Positions 9,488-18,509 of a DNA stretch of 64,000 nucleotides are shown here, piece by piece. Position 1 is the first letter of the stretch. Each line of letters begins with the position of its first letter. Below the pieces are notes generated by a model that did not search any database, was not told the DNA's origin, and worked only from the letters and a program-made list of their open reading frames with translations. The translations under genes and the position numbers were made by a program. Location: positions 162,986 through 226,985 of the IMG/VR virus record IMGVR_UViG_3300015265_000001. The stretch is one strand, 5' to 3'.

Positions 9488-10423
9488 ATGGGAACTGATA
9501 TGGAATTTAAGCCGGTCTTGTGTATCTACCACAAAGACTGCCTGGATGGCATCGGAGCGGCTTGGGTCGTTTGGCGTCACTTCAAGAACATGGGCATTGA
9601 GATCGAACTCGTTGCCGCGAACTACAAAGACAAGATGCCCGACGTAGATGGCAAGGTGGTTTACGTAGTGGATTTCAGTTATCCTCGCCCTCTCATGGAA
9701 GACATGCTGCGTCGTGCCCATGATGTGGTGGTACTGGATCACCACACGTCGGCGAAGAAAAACCTCGAAGGACTCTTTGTGGTAGACGAGAGCCATTCGG
9801 GGGCAATGCTGGCCTGGAAGTATTTCAACCATACTCCTCCGCCACAAGGTTTGTTGTACGTTGAAGATCGTGACCTGTGGAAGTTCAAATACCCAGAGAC
9901 CAATAACTGGGTAACCGCGGCGTTCTCGTATCCTTTCAACGTCGAGCAGTTCGATGCGTTGATGAATACTGATCCATTGGACCTTATTCATGAAGGCAAA
10001 ATACTGTTGCGTAAACATCAGCAGGATTGTTCGCGAGTAGCCCTGAACACCCGCACGATGAAATGCATGGGCTATGAAGTACCTGTGGTCAACGCTAACA
10101 TCTTCTTTGCGTCTGACCTGGGTCACCTCCTTTCTGCAAACGCCCCGTTCGCGCTGATCTACATGGATCTGCCTGGCGGGCGTAAGTATTCCATTCGTTG
10201 TCAGAAAGACACTGACTTCGATGTATCGCTTATCGCCGAGTACTTTGGTGGTGGCGGTCATAAAGACGCGTCCGGTTTCACGATCGCTTATGACGACAAG
10301 CGCTTTGCTCGCAGCCATGAGGTGCTTGATTACACCGTCTGGGAGAAGATCAAGGGAACCTGCGGCTACATGATGTACAGCCTCAAAACTGAACTCAAAG
10401 CAATTGCTGGGATCTTCAAATGA
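9488..10423 (+). CDS. DHH/DHHA1 family phosphoesterase
   Basis: YHKDCLDG, VDFS, LDHH, EDRDLW, YFGGGGHKDASGF. Confidence 0.9.
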   Translation: MGTDMEFKPVLCIYHKDCLDGIGAAWVVWRHFKNMGIEIELVAANYKDKMPDVDGKVVYVVDFSYPRPLMEDMLRRAHDVVVLDHHTSAKKNLEGLFVVDESHSGAMLAWKYFNHTPPPQGLLYVEDRDLWKFKYPETNNWVTAAFSYPFNVEQFDALMNTDPLDLIHEGKILLRKHQQDCSRVALNTRTMKCMGYEVPVVNANIFFASDLGHLLSANAPFALIYMDLPGGRKYSIRCQKDTDFDVSLIAEYFGGGGHKDASGFTIAYDDKRFARSHEVLDYTVWEKIKGTCGYMMYSLKTELKAIAGIFK

Positions 10424-10713
10424 AAAACAAGGCAGTTAAGTTCTTTCGTTATGCCGGTGTCTGGCGTTATAAGGAAATCGGTAAGGATGTAGCAGACGCA
10501 GTTGATACCCGGATGTTGGAAACCGTTCTGGGTGTTATGGGCGGGCCTTTGGTGTATGTCTGCCGCGATACCGGTAAACCAGAGTTTACCAAACTGCGCA
10601 TTGAAGTACGTAACGGCTTTATCATCCGGGCTTCTGTAGCCGAAGACGATAACGTTCCTTTTGCAGAAGGTAAAGAGGTGGAAGAATTCTTCATCCGCCC
10701 ATTGATGAATTAA
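10420..10713 (+). CDS. Hypothetical protein
   Basis: ATGA overlap with the previous stop. Confidence 0.75.
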   Translation: MKNKAVKFFRYAGVWRYKEIGKDVADAVDTRMLETVLGVMGGPLVYVCRDTGKPEFTKLRIEVRNGFIIRASVAEDDNVPFAEGKEVEEFFIRPLMN

Positions 10714-10724
10714 GGAAACCAGGT

Positions 10725-10892
10725 ATGGAAAGCGAATATGTGTTTGCTATCTCGGACGAAGGTACCCTGTGTCCAGTCCCAGGCAATGAGGCGCTTTACG
10801 AAGCAGTTAAAGACGCCTGCCATCGTTTGAGGCCACGCGTCGGTTCCGGTAAGACCATGGTACGCGTGGAAGTTAAACGTATCAAGGACTAA
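10725..10892 (+). CDS. Small hypothetical protein (55 aa; not in track)
   Basis: AAGGA RBS, MESEYVFAISDEGTLCPVPG..., fills the gap between genes. Confidence 0.65.
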   Translation: MESEYVFAISDEGTLCPVPGNEALYEAVKDACHRLRPRVGSGKTMVRVEVKRIKD

Positions 10893-10897
10893 CCACA

Positions 10898-11347
10898 ATG
10901 GAACTCGATTACAGTTATGTGAGCGTGCAGCTTAAACCAGAGCTACAGGCGGACATCATCAACGCTATGGTGTTGGCGGGTGTTTCTCCGGAAGCTAAGC
11001 ACGAGCTGCACTGCACGATGGTTTACGATAAGCGTGACATCGACAAACCGCTGTGCAACCTGATGCCTCCATCTAAGGAATTCAAGGCGAACGTTATCTC
11101 CTTGGAAACCCTGGGTGATGGCATGGTGTTTCATCTTACCAGCACTGATATGCTGGAAGAGTTCCGCCGGTTGAAAGATGAGGGTTACGTGCATTCGTAC
11201 GGAACACCTTTGTTCCACATGTCGTTGAAGTATGATTTCGATAAACACGACATCCTCGCCATCAACCATGCGTTCGCTGATTGGGGTGGCCGTACGTTGA
11301 TCTTCCACAACGAACAGTTCGGCATCAAGAAACCCAAGAAGAAGTAA
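10898..11347 (+). CDS. 2H phosphoesterase, T4 57B / anti-CBASS Acb1-like
   Basis: Two Hx[T/S] motifs (ELHCTMVY, LFHMSLKY). N-terminal YVSVQL, G-x-x-H-x-[Y/F] before the second motif and ~150 aa length all resemble T4 57B. Confidence 0.75.
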   Translation: MELDYSYVSVQLKPELQADIINAMVLAGVSPEAKHELHCTMVYDKRDIDKPLCNLMPPSKEFKANVISLETLGDGMVFHLTSTDMLEEFRRLKDEGYVHSYGTPLFHMSLKYDFDKHDILAINHAFADWGGRTLIFHNEQFGIKKPKKK

Positions 11348-11354
11348 CCCGGTA

Positions 11355-11400
11355 CTACTCCTACTCCCTTTACGGGGAGTAGGAGTAGGCTACCTTTATT
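11355..11400 (+). terminator. Rho-independent terminator
   Basis: CTACTCCTACTCCC / GGGAGTAGGAGTAG stem, then a T-rich run. Confidence 0.8.
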
Positions 11401-11408
11401 TTTTGCAT

Positions 11409-11442
11409 TTTAACTTACAGCTTATTTCAAGGCTACATTATT
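11409..11442 (+). promoter_or_regulatory. Class II promoter (TACATTAT core)
   Basis: TTTAACTT-N15(acagcttatttcaag)-GCTACATTATT. Confidence 0.65.
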
Positions 11443-11482
11443 CGTGTGTATAAACAACATACTTCTCTTTGGGAGAAACATA

Positions 11483-11623
11483 ATGAAAGCTGCCTTCGTG
11501 CTTGTAGGTCTGATTTGCGTTGTAGTGTCCTGCGGCCTGATCGCAGTACATCATGAACCTTCCGATGCTGGCAATAGCTCCGAGTACATTACCCGGGGCA
11601 TTTTGAACGCTACTAAACACTAA
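11483..11623 (+). CDS. Small membrane/exported peptide (46 aa; not in track)
   Basis: GGAG RBS; MKAAFVLVGLICVVVSCGLIAVHH... Confidence 0.65.
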   Translation: MKAAFVLVGLICVVVSCGLIAVHHEPSDAGNSSEYITRGILNATKH

Positions 11624-11631
11624 CGGGTAAA

Positions 11632-11665
11632 TTTAAGATACAGTCGATTTCATGTCTATATTACC
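11632..11665 (+). promoter_or_regulatory. Class I early promoter (TATATTAC core)
   Basis: TTTAAGAT-N15(acagtcgatttcatg)-TCTATATTACC. Confidence 0.85.
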
Positions 11666-11734
11666 TGTGTGATTATTCAATAAAGATTATTCGCAATGAC
11701 GAATGATCTAACCTCACTTGAAAGGAGTACCGCT

Positions 11735-12871
11735 ATGAACACTAAGAACGTACAAGTTGAAAACACCGCATCCATGCTGGTAGCGGTAGTCTCCAACCTT
11801 CGTACTGAAAGTGCACCGGAGGCCACTCAAATGGCCTATGTGAAATCGGTGATGCTGGACCAATCCCAGGTTCCTACCCGGGATCGTCAAGTGGTGCTGC
11901 AACTGGTGAACAACCAGCTCGGCACCAAATGGACTTTCAACCAGATCAAGAAAGCTGGTGAGTTTGTCCCAGGTGATACCGGCCCGGTCAAAGTTCAAGA
12001 ACTGAACGGCGTCTCCCAGGTCAACGTCGGCGGCCAGCCAAATGAAGCTTCCTTCGTGGAGCCCAAGCTGACTGCCGATCACGCTCACCAACAATCGACT
12101 TCCCAGTCGACCACCACTGCTCCTGACCACAACGGTCAAACCACCTCCAACGCAAACGAACAGGATGACAACACCATGAACGCACAAGCCAACATGAACA
12201 ACGACACCGCCCAATCCGTACAGGGTTTCGAAGTCGCCATGATCGCCGTCGGCCGCACCACCCCAGAACAGCGCGCTGCTGCCTGGATCGCTTACCTGGC
12301 TACCTCCCCTGAGCTGACCGCCAAGTGGGACGCCTTCCTGCTGGCCGCTGACAAAGCCACGTCGTTCGACGAAAACTTCATCACCTTCAGCGACAACCTG
12401 GGCGAAGAAGAAGGCAGCCAAGCTGTTCACGGCTTCATGCGCTGGTGTGCAGCCAACCAGCCGAAAGACGATGCTCACTACGCCGACAAGTCGCGTTTCA
12501 GCCTGATGGGTGATCGTGACGAAGGCGTTCGCACCAGCTGGATTGCAGCCGGTAGCGCAGTGATCGGCGGCGGCATGGAAATGTTCGCTCGCGGTGGTCT
12601 GACCGCTGGTTCGGCAATCGGTACTCTGGCAGGTTCCGTCGGCGCGTTCTTCGCCGGTGAACAAGTCGACGAGCACGTCGAAAGCCAATTCGGTCGTTAC
12701 GTGGTCGGCGGCATGATCGGTCTGGCCCTGGGTGGCGCAGGTTCGGCCCTGGGTCGCAGCCTGCTGCCTGGCAACAGCCTGATCAACATGGGTACCGCTG
12801 AAGTGGTTCCTGCTGCGATCGAAGTTCTGCCTGCCCCACAACAAGGCCAGGTCGGCTTCTTCGGCCTGTAA
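11735..12871 (+). CDS. Early protein with C-terminal glycine-zipper membrane domain
   Basis: AAGGAG RBS; Q/T/N-rich linker; AGSAVIGGG...AGSAIGTLAGSVGAFFAG...GGMIGLALGGAGSALG. Confidence 0.85.
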   Translation: MNTKNVQVENTASMLVAVVSNLRTESAPEATQMAYVKSVMLDQSQVPTRDRQVVLQLVNNQLGTKWTFNQIKKAGEFVPGDTGPVKVQELNGVSQVNVGGQPNEASFVEPKLTADHAHQQSTSQSTTTAPDHNGQTTSNANEQDDNTMNAQANMNNDTAQSVQGFEVAMIAVGRTTPEQRAAAWIAYLATSPELTAKWDAFLLAADKATSFDENFITFSDNLGEEEGSQAVHGFMRWCAANQPKDDAHYADKSRFSLMGDRDEGVRTSWIAAGSAVIGGGMEMFARGGLTAGSAIGTLAGSVGAFFAGEQVDEHVESQFGRYVVGGMIGLALGGAGSALGRSLLPGNSLINMGTAEVVPAAIEVLPAPQQGQVGFFGL

Positions 12872-12884
12872 CCTGCCGTAGCTG

Positions 12885-12915
12885 TAAGGGGGATCTCCGG
12901 ATCCCCTTATTTCTT
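12885..12915 (+). terminator. Rho-independent terminator
   Basis: TAAGGGGGATC-TCCG-GATCCCCTTA then TTTCTT. Confidence 0.75.
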
Positions 12916-12971
12916 ATTTGCACAAACCCCTTTTGTATAACAACCTAATTAACCTATTTTGAGGGAACAAA

Positions 12972-13289
12972 ATGAACAACGAATTTAAAGTCCGCGATAA
13001 AGTTATTGTGGCAAACGAAGAAAACCCCAACGCCAACCGCATGGTTGAGCTGGTGGCCTATGTACAACCCGGCAATACCGTGTTCCACTACGACAGCTAC
13101 TTCACTGCTGGTAATGAAGGTGGCTGGATCGTAACTGCTGAAGACCTGGTTCACAAGACCAACTTCCGCGGTGAGATCATCAGCGACTTCGCTCTGGTGA
13201 AGCCATCTGAGATCCGTGAACTGGCTGCCGAGGATCTCGCCTTCCTCCCAAAGCTTAAAGTGAACAACCGCTACATGAACGCAGCCTAA
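12972..13289 (+). CDS. Hypothetical SH3/KOW-like protein
   Basis: FKVRDKVIV...GGWIVTAEDL; paralog of 13829. Confidence 0.8.
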   Translation: MNNEFKVRDKVIVANEENPNANRMVELVAYVQPGNTVFHYDSYFTAGNEGGWIVTAEDLVHKTNFRGEIISDFALVKPSEIRELAAEDLAFLPKLKVNNRYMNAA

Positions 13290-13346
13290 CATTGTTTTAC
13301 TGCTGCGCTCATCTTATCCCTTACCCGCAATAAAAGGATTTTACCC

Positions 13347-13496
13347 GTGGTCGGAAAACGTCGTCATGCCAACCCCCTCCCTGCTAGCATGTACTCCAGC
13401 AATGGCAGTGCAGACTATCAACGTTACATCAAGGGTGTTGCGCCGCAATCCAAAGGCAACTTACTAAAGGCGATCCTTAATTGGATCTGGGGATAG
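13347..13496 (+). CDS. Possible small protein (49 aa; not in track)
   Basis: AAGGA RBS, GTG start, ends in LLKAILNWIWG. Confidence 0.45.
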   Translation: MVGKRRHANPLPASMYSSNGSADYQRYIKGVAPQSKGNLLKAILNWIWG

Positions 13497-13500
13497 CGGT

Positions 13501-13532
13501 TACTACTTCCTTGGCATGCCAAGGAAGTAGTA
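13501..13532. repeat. Perfect 32-bp palindrome / terminator
   Basis: TACTACTTCCTTGGCA|TGCCAAGGAAGTAGTA. Confidence 0.9.
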
Positions 13533-13561
13533 CCGTTCACACTTCCTTTTAATTTTTGAAA

Positions 13562-13572
13562 CCTACATTATT
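13562..13572 (+). promoter_or_regulatory. Class II promoter core
   Basis: tttga-aa-CCTACATTATT. Confidence 0.55.
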
Positions 13573-13582
13573 AGGATGTAAC

Positions 13583-13819
13583 ATGGGCCAGGTATTGCCG
13601 TTTATTAGTAAGAAAGAGCAGGAACGTATTAAACGTGAATTGTTCCTACTTGACTACCTACAACGGTATGTCAAGGATCACGAGATTGTAAGCATGGCGC
13701 GTATGTTGGGTGGTACCTACACGTTCAACTATACACGCACGGCAGTAATGGTAACGTTCGGTAAAGAAGAAAAGCAATTGGTACTCGACGAAGTAACTCG
13801 TCGCAATCTGACTATCTAG
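13583..13819 (+). CDS. Hypothetical protein
   Basis: AGGA RBS; starts MGQVLPF. Confidence 0.75.
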   Translation: MGQVLPFISKKEQERIKRELFLLDYLQRYVKDHEIVSMARMLGGTYTFNYTRTAVMVTFGKEEKQLVLDEVTRRNLTI

Positions 13820-13828
13820 GAAATAAAC

Positions 13829-14155
13829 ATGGATAAACAGAACCTGAAAGAAGGGGATCTTTGTCTGATTGTAAGTTGTGATCCCAATATTGAAATCAAC
13901 AATATGGGGCGGTGTGTAACGCTTGAGAAGTTTGTTCCTGCTGGGTCACCACATCTGTCATACAACGGCAGCCACTACCGCACTATCGCTGAAGATGGGT
14001 GGATAGTAAGCGGTGACGATCTTTGGTGTTGGACGCTACAGAAAGGTTACTTCAAAAGCACAGAAACTGGTGTTTATGCTCGCCGTCTGAGAAAGATTGG
14101 CGACCAAGATGGACTTGACGTCAAATCAACTGAGAAGGAAAAAGAAAATGCGTGA
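13829..14155 (+). CDS. Hypothetical SH3/KOW-like protein
   Basis: LKEGDLCLIV...DGWIVSGDDL; paralog of 12972. Confidence 0.8.
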   Translation: MDKQNLKEGDLCLIVSCDPNIEINNMGRCVTLEKFVPAGSPHLSYNGSHYRTIAEDGWIVSGDDLWCWTLQKGYFKSTETGVYARRLRKIGDQDGLDVKSTEKEKENA

Positions 14156-14837
14156 ATACAACGGCCGTAAAGATTTCGCAATGCTCTCTGATTATGACCT
14201 GTCTCAGCAATTGAACCAGCTGATCGACTGGGCCAATCTGTCGGAGAACGCCAAACAGATGCTGGCAACGGTGAGCAGACGTATGGAGTTTGCCGACCAC
14301 AATGCTCCGCTGGTTCCACAAGCTGATCGCGACCAGAACCTGGTCCTCTGTTTCGAACCGCTCGAAAATCGCTCCTTCATGGATGCTTTGCAACACCACC
14401 TGCGCGATGCCTTCTGCCGAGACCGCACCGAGACCCCACGGGGAGATTTTGCTAACAAAGTTCTGTCCCTGATGGATCAGCTCGCCGTTAACGACTTCCA
14501 TCACAGTTCGCCGTACTACCATAAATACAATCTCCTTATCAAGAACGTGTTCGTGGAGTACAAACCGGATTACAGCGACTGCCGTATTATTTGTTTGGGC
14601 AAAATCGAACACGGCACTATGTCGGCCATGATGATCCGCCGTGGCGATTGCTATCCGTTCTACATCCGCTTTACCGACGGTGTTCGCGACGTTACCCCAG
14701 GCGATTTCCTGTTCTGGAACTACAACGAAGTTTATCGTGATATCACCATCGATACCGTACATCAAACGGTTGCCACCGAAATCCACATGTACAGTGCCGG
14801 CAAAACCTTGCGGTATCTGCATGGTAGCCAGGGGTAA
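14148..14837 (+). CDS. Hypothetical protein
   Basis: Start moved to ATG 14148, coupled to the upstream stop. Confidence 0.8.
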   Translation: MREYNGRKDFAMLSDYDLSQQLNQLIDWANLSENAKQMLATVSRRMEFADHNAPLVPQADRDQNLVLCFEPLENRSFMDALQHHLRDAFCRDRTETPRGDFANKVLSLMDQLAVNDFHHSSPYYHKYNLLIKNVFVEYKPDYSDCRIICLGKIEHGTMSAMMIRRGDCYPFYIRFTDGVRDVTPGDFLFWNYNEVYRDITIDTVHQTVATEIHMYSAGKTLRYLHGSQG

Positions 14838-14842
14838 GTAAA

Positions 14843-15196
14843 ATGACCGTTGAGCGATCGAGTCTGTTACGTGTCAGGTATCTGATTATCAATGCGATAG
14901 TGGGTTCTGACAAGAAAGTCAACATGCGGCGTCTTGGTCGGTTTGTGTTGCTGGGTTCGAGACCACCTCGGTCAAAAACCACTCCGGCTCGGGAAGCCCT
15001 GCTGAAGAACATTATCGATTCTGGTGCTGAAGCCAAAATAAATGAGTGGCTGGCGTTGGGGTACCGAATCGATTTCGTAATAGGGCATATGAAAGGTTAT
15101 GCCTTCCGTAAATCATCTCTCCTGGTTCCAGCCATTACTGAACCCTTTGAAGGTGACGGTTGGTTCCTTTATCCATTCTTAGAGACAGGTAAGTAA
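14843..15196 (+). CDS. Hypothetical protein
   Basis: Co-directional, tight spacing. Confidence 0.7.
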   Translation: MTVERSSLLRVRYLIINAIVGSDKKVNMRRLGRFVLLGSRPPRSKTTPAREALLKNIIDSGAEAKINEWLALGYRIDFVIGHMKGYAFRKSSLLVPAITEPFEGDGWFLYPFLETGK

Positions 15197-15197
15197 C

Positions 15198-16040
15198 ATG
15201 CTGAAAATCAATCTGCGTGATCATTGCAATCGACAGGATGCGCGTTTCGATATTGTCGCCATCTGTCATACAGCGTTAACCCACGGTCTCTCTCCAGCGA
15301 AAGTGGAAGAGATCAAAGGCAAGCTGATCTGGGACCTGAGTACTCCGGCACGCGATGGCGACGGTGAATCATCGGCGTTGTTTATTGCCAATCGCCTGAA
15401 ACGGTCCTGGAACGTTGATCTGATCTTGGATTACAACGCTGGCGTCGACGGCAAGCTGAGTGATAGCCATCACGGGTATTCCAGCAGCTGGGTCAACAGC
15501 GTGTACACCATCGCGTTCCGGCATCCCATTCATGTTGAATCTGCTGAACTCGCAGGAATGCGTAATCGGCTGGCCGCCTACGAGAAAGTGTTCGGCTGTG
15601 CCGGGATGTCGATCGAGGAGATTCTGAGTCTGGCCAGTGACAAACAGCCGGTTGTCGATGACGGTGCCGGTAATCGTCGTGGCCAAGCGCAGTTCGATGA
15701 GCCTGATGAGCCATCGCTGTTTGTAGAAGGTGATGAAGAACGACTCAACCCGTACTGGGTGCTGTACACCACCAACTACCATCGCGGCCTGCTCACCAAG
15801 GAACAAGTCGAGAACGTCGGCAACAACATGCTGACCCAACTCCAACAGTGTTCCGCAGAACGTCTGGCGGAAATCGGCCCTCGCGGTATCCCCAAAGTTC
15901 TCACCAAATACGGTCATGTGTCTATGGCCTGGGTGGTCTACTTCAAGAACACCCAGAAACCTGACCTCAACTTCGCTCAGATTACTCGTCTGGGTCTAAC
16001 TGTCGCTGAACAAGTAAAGGAGTACACCCCTCGTGGCTAA
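15198..16040 (+). CDS. Hypothetical protein
   Basis: 280-aa ORF, tight spacing. Confidence 0.8.
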   Translation: MLKINLRDHCNRQDARFDIVAICHTALTHGLSPAKVEEIKGKLIWDLSTPARDGDGESSALFIANRLKRSWNVDLILDYNAGVDGKLSDSHHGYSSSWVNSVYTIAFRHPIHVESAELAGMRNRLAAYEKVFGCAGMSIEEILSLASDKQPVVDDGAGNRRGQAQFDEPDEPSLFVEGDEERLNPYWVLYTTNYHRGLLTKEQVENVGNNMLTQLQQCSAERLAEIGPRGIPKVLTKYGHVSMAWVVYFKNTQKPDLNFAQITRLGLTVAEQVKEYTPRG

Positions 16041-17934
16041 TCTTAAAGTAATCGACCTCGTTCCTTACTTCACCGATCCCAAAAAGTGGATTGCTGAAAG
16101 CCGCAGGTTCTGGGAAGATCATCAGGTTTCCGTTGTAGAGGCTCTGGAAGAACTGATGGGTAAAAATCAGTTCCATCTTCAATCCTCACTCACCCTGATC
16201 GGTAACGAAATCGTTAACGCTCACGTTTATGACCGAGAACAGTGCTTTTTGATCCTCGGTCGGGGCAAAGATTTCAACAACTTCAGTTTCGACAACACTG
16301 GTGTTCGTGAGGCCTGTGTTTGTTATCTGAAGGGCAATCCTAAATTCGACCAGTTGTTCCATGTTGCCTACATCCCCAAACAAATCGAACAGGATAAGCA
16401 AGCAATGCTGACTTTTAATCTGAACCGCTTTATCGAGGTCGACGGTAACAACCGAATTGTGTTCAACGTGGAAAAGCTCCACGAGAACTTTCTGAAGCAG
16501 TTCGGTGGCGAACATGGGCGTGTCATTCGGTCTTTTATTAACGACATTACCTCTAATCCAGAAATCAAGCTCATGGTTGAGGCGTTTGACCCACATAACC
16601 GTGCGACTGTAGACCTGGTCTGGAAAGAGCCGGTTGCTGGCGAAAACTGGACTATGGTCAAATGGAATGAGTACAAGTGGAATAAGTTGTACTCCTATTC
16701 CATTCAACGCGTGGATTTCCGTGTTGGTGTGAACCCTATCGCCACCATCAAAGAGTATGTCAATATTTCTTTGGTCCCATTCATGAACGCCCATGGGGGT
16801 TTCGACATTCCGAAGATTGACGCATGCGTCAAAAACAATCCGGCTTACGAGAATTTTAGTGATCGCGAAAAGGATGTCTTCGACGAGTTCAAGGTTGAAT
16901 ACAGCGCGGGGGCTAACAACCGCGACGTTGCAGGCATCTTCGGTAACCCTCGACCACCGATGGCGTTTTACCTGGTATTGGGGGATCTGGACCAGGATAC
17001 TCTCGGTGCGTATCAATACTGCTTGGCAGGCAAAGGGTTCCACCTCATCGCCATTGCTGTTAACAAACAAGCTGATCGGCCAGCTGACTCTTTCGGTGCA
17101 TATGCGGGCGGCCAATTCGGTTACTACGGTGGCGCTCAGCTTAACCAGCAGAGCCTGCATCCTCAAGATCAGTGGCTACATGTCAATAGCGACATGCTGA
17201 TCGAGTTGTTGAACCACTATGCGCTGACGCAAGTAGTGCCGTTCCCTGAAAATGCTCCTCGCCACCAACTGCCGCAAGGTATGGATCTGCTCAAGTTGGT
17301 CCAGCTGCGTCTGGGCGCTGATCGCATGCATCGCGGTATTCCGGGTATGCCTGGGTTCAACCACATGTACGACCACATCCACAGCCGTGTTCACAACTAT
17401 GGTCCGGATATATTCAACCAGCCGTATGCCTTCCGCAACCCACAAGGGGGTATGTTCAGCCAGGACACGTATTTCCAACCGGCGGTAACGAGCGGGCGCT
17501 ATGCTCGTCATTCTCGTACCGGCGCTTGGACGTGGTATCCGAACGTGCCGTTTAACGCTGTCTATACCGTCGACAAATCGAGTATCAGCCCTCGTGACAG
17601 AACTCGTGAACTTATCGGTCAGATAGCCAACACCTTGGATAAACACCGTCCTGGCAGCGGTCGTGCTATCGACGTCATGATGGAAGAGATCGCCTTTGCG
17701 TTGGCTAACCACGAAGAGCCCAAAGTGCTTGAGTTGTTAGGTCAAGACAAGGTGATTCTATTTGTTGGCGGGCCTCTGGACGTCGATCAGACTTACTTGG
17801 CGTCAGCTTATGGCTCGTTTAGCAACTGGATTCTGCTCCCTTCGGAAATCGATCCTGAGCACCCAAAGGCGGGTATTGCGGGTATTGCTCGTGCCACACA
17901 CATGCCACAGAAGTTGCCAGTTGACTTCTACTAA
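16033..17934 (+). CDS. Large hypothetical protein
   Basis: 633-aa ORF followed by a terminator; no motif recognised. Confidence 0.85.
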   Translation: MANLKVIDLVPYFTDPKKWIAESRRFWEDHQVSVVEALEELMGKNQFHLQSSLTLIGNEIVNAHVYDREQCFLILGRGKDFNNFSFDNTGVREACVCYLKGNPKFDQLFHVAYIPKQIEQDKQAMLTFNLNRFIEVDGNNRIVFNVEKLHENFLKQFGGEHGRVIRSFINDITSNPEIKLMVEAFDPHNRATVDLVWKEPVAGENWTMVKWNEYKWNKLYSYSIQRVDFRVGVNPIATIKEYVNISLVPFMNAHGGFDIPKIDACVKNNPAYENFSDREKDVFDEFKVEYSAGANNRDVAGIFGNPRPPMAFYLVLGDLDQDTLGAYQYCLAGKGFHLIAIAVNKQADRPADSFGAYAGGQFGYYGGAQLNQQSLHPQDQWLHVNSDMLIELLNHYALTQVVPFPENAPRHQLPQGMDLLKLVQLRLGADRMHRGIPGMPGFNHMYDHIHSRVHNYGPDIFNQPYAFRNPQGGMFSQDTYFQPAVTSGRYARHSRTGAWTWYPNVPFNAVYTVDKSSISPRDRTRELIGQIANTLDKHRPGSGRAIDVMMEEIAFALANHEEPKVLELLGQDKVILFVGGPLDVDQTYLASAYGSFSNWILLPSEIDPEHPKAGIAGIARATHMPQKLPVDFY

Positions 17935-17943
17935 GTAGCAACC

Positions 17944-17980
17944 GGGCTGTAGGGTAATTCCTGCGGCCCCTTTCTTTTTA
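17944..17980 (+). terminator. Rho-independent terminator
   Basis: GGGCTGTAGG...CCTGCGGCCC then CTTTCTTTTT. Confidence 0.75.
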
Positions 17981-18001
17981 TTCAGTCAAGGAATAACAAT
18001 C

Positions 18002-18496
18002 ATGGATCCAATTGAAATCGAAGCAGCTTTGTCTCCTATCGAGCAAGAAAACCAGGTACTGGAGTATTTCAAAAATAACTTCACTACCAATCCTAAGAAG
18101 CTGTGCAAAATGGCGGTTCGTATTTGGAACGATCAGCCGCCGTTCATCCAGAAGGGTTTGTTGCAGAACATCCTCGACGCTGTTGATCCGGTCAACATGC
18201 TGCGGGATTTCTTCAAAATGATGGACGAGTGGAAACAAGTCGTTCCCGCTCTGATTGCTGATGGTGCGCACGGCATGATCGTCGACAAGAAGAACACCAT
18301 CTTCGGCGTCGAGATCAAAGCCAATGAAAAATGGCTGCGTGCTAATGATCTTTGGAACCCCGACCAGGAAGCTGATATCCAGGACGAGGTTATGAAACAA
18401 TGGATGGCCGATCAGGGGTTGAAACACTTCCATGGCAAGATTGTCCTATTTGACAACTTTGGCTTTAGCGGGATGTGCCGCGAAATTTGTCTCTGA
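18002..18496 (+). CDS. Hypothetical protein, NPKKL family member 1
   Basis: VLEYFKNNFTTNPKKL, IADGAHG, NEKWL. Confidence 0.85.
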   Translation: MDPIEIEAALSPIEQENQVLEYFKNNFTTNPKKLCKMAVRIWNDQPPFIQKGLLQNILDAVDPVNMLRDFFKMMDEWKQVVPALIADGAHGMIVDKKNTIFGVEIKANEKWLRANDLWNPDQEADIQDEVMKQWMADQGLKHFHGKIVLFDNFGFSGMCREICL

Positions 18497-18509
18497 GATG
18501 GAGGACAGA

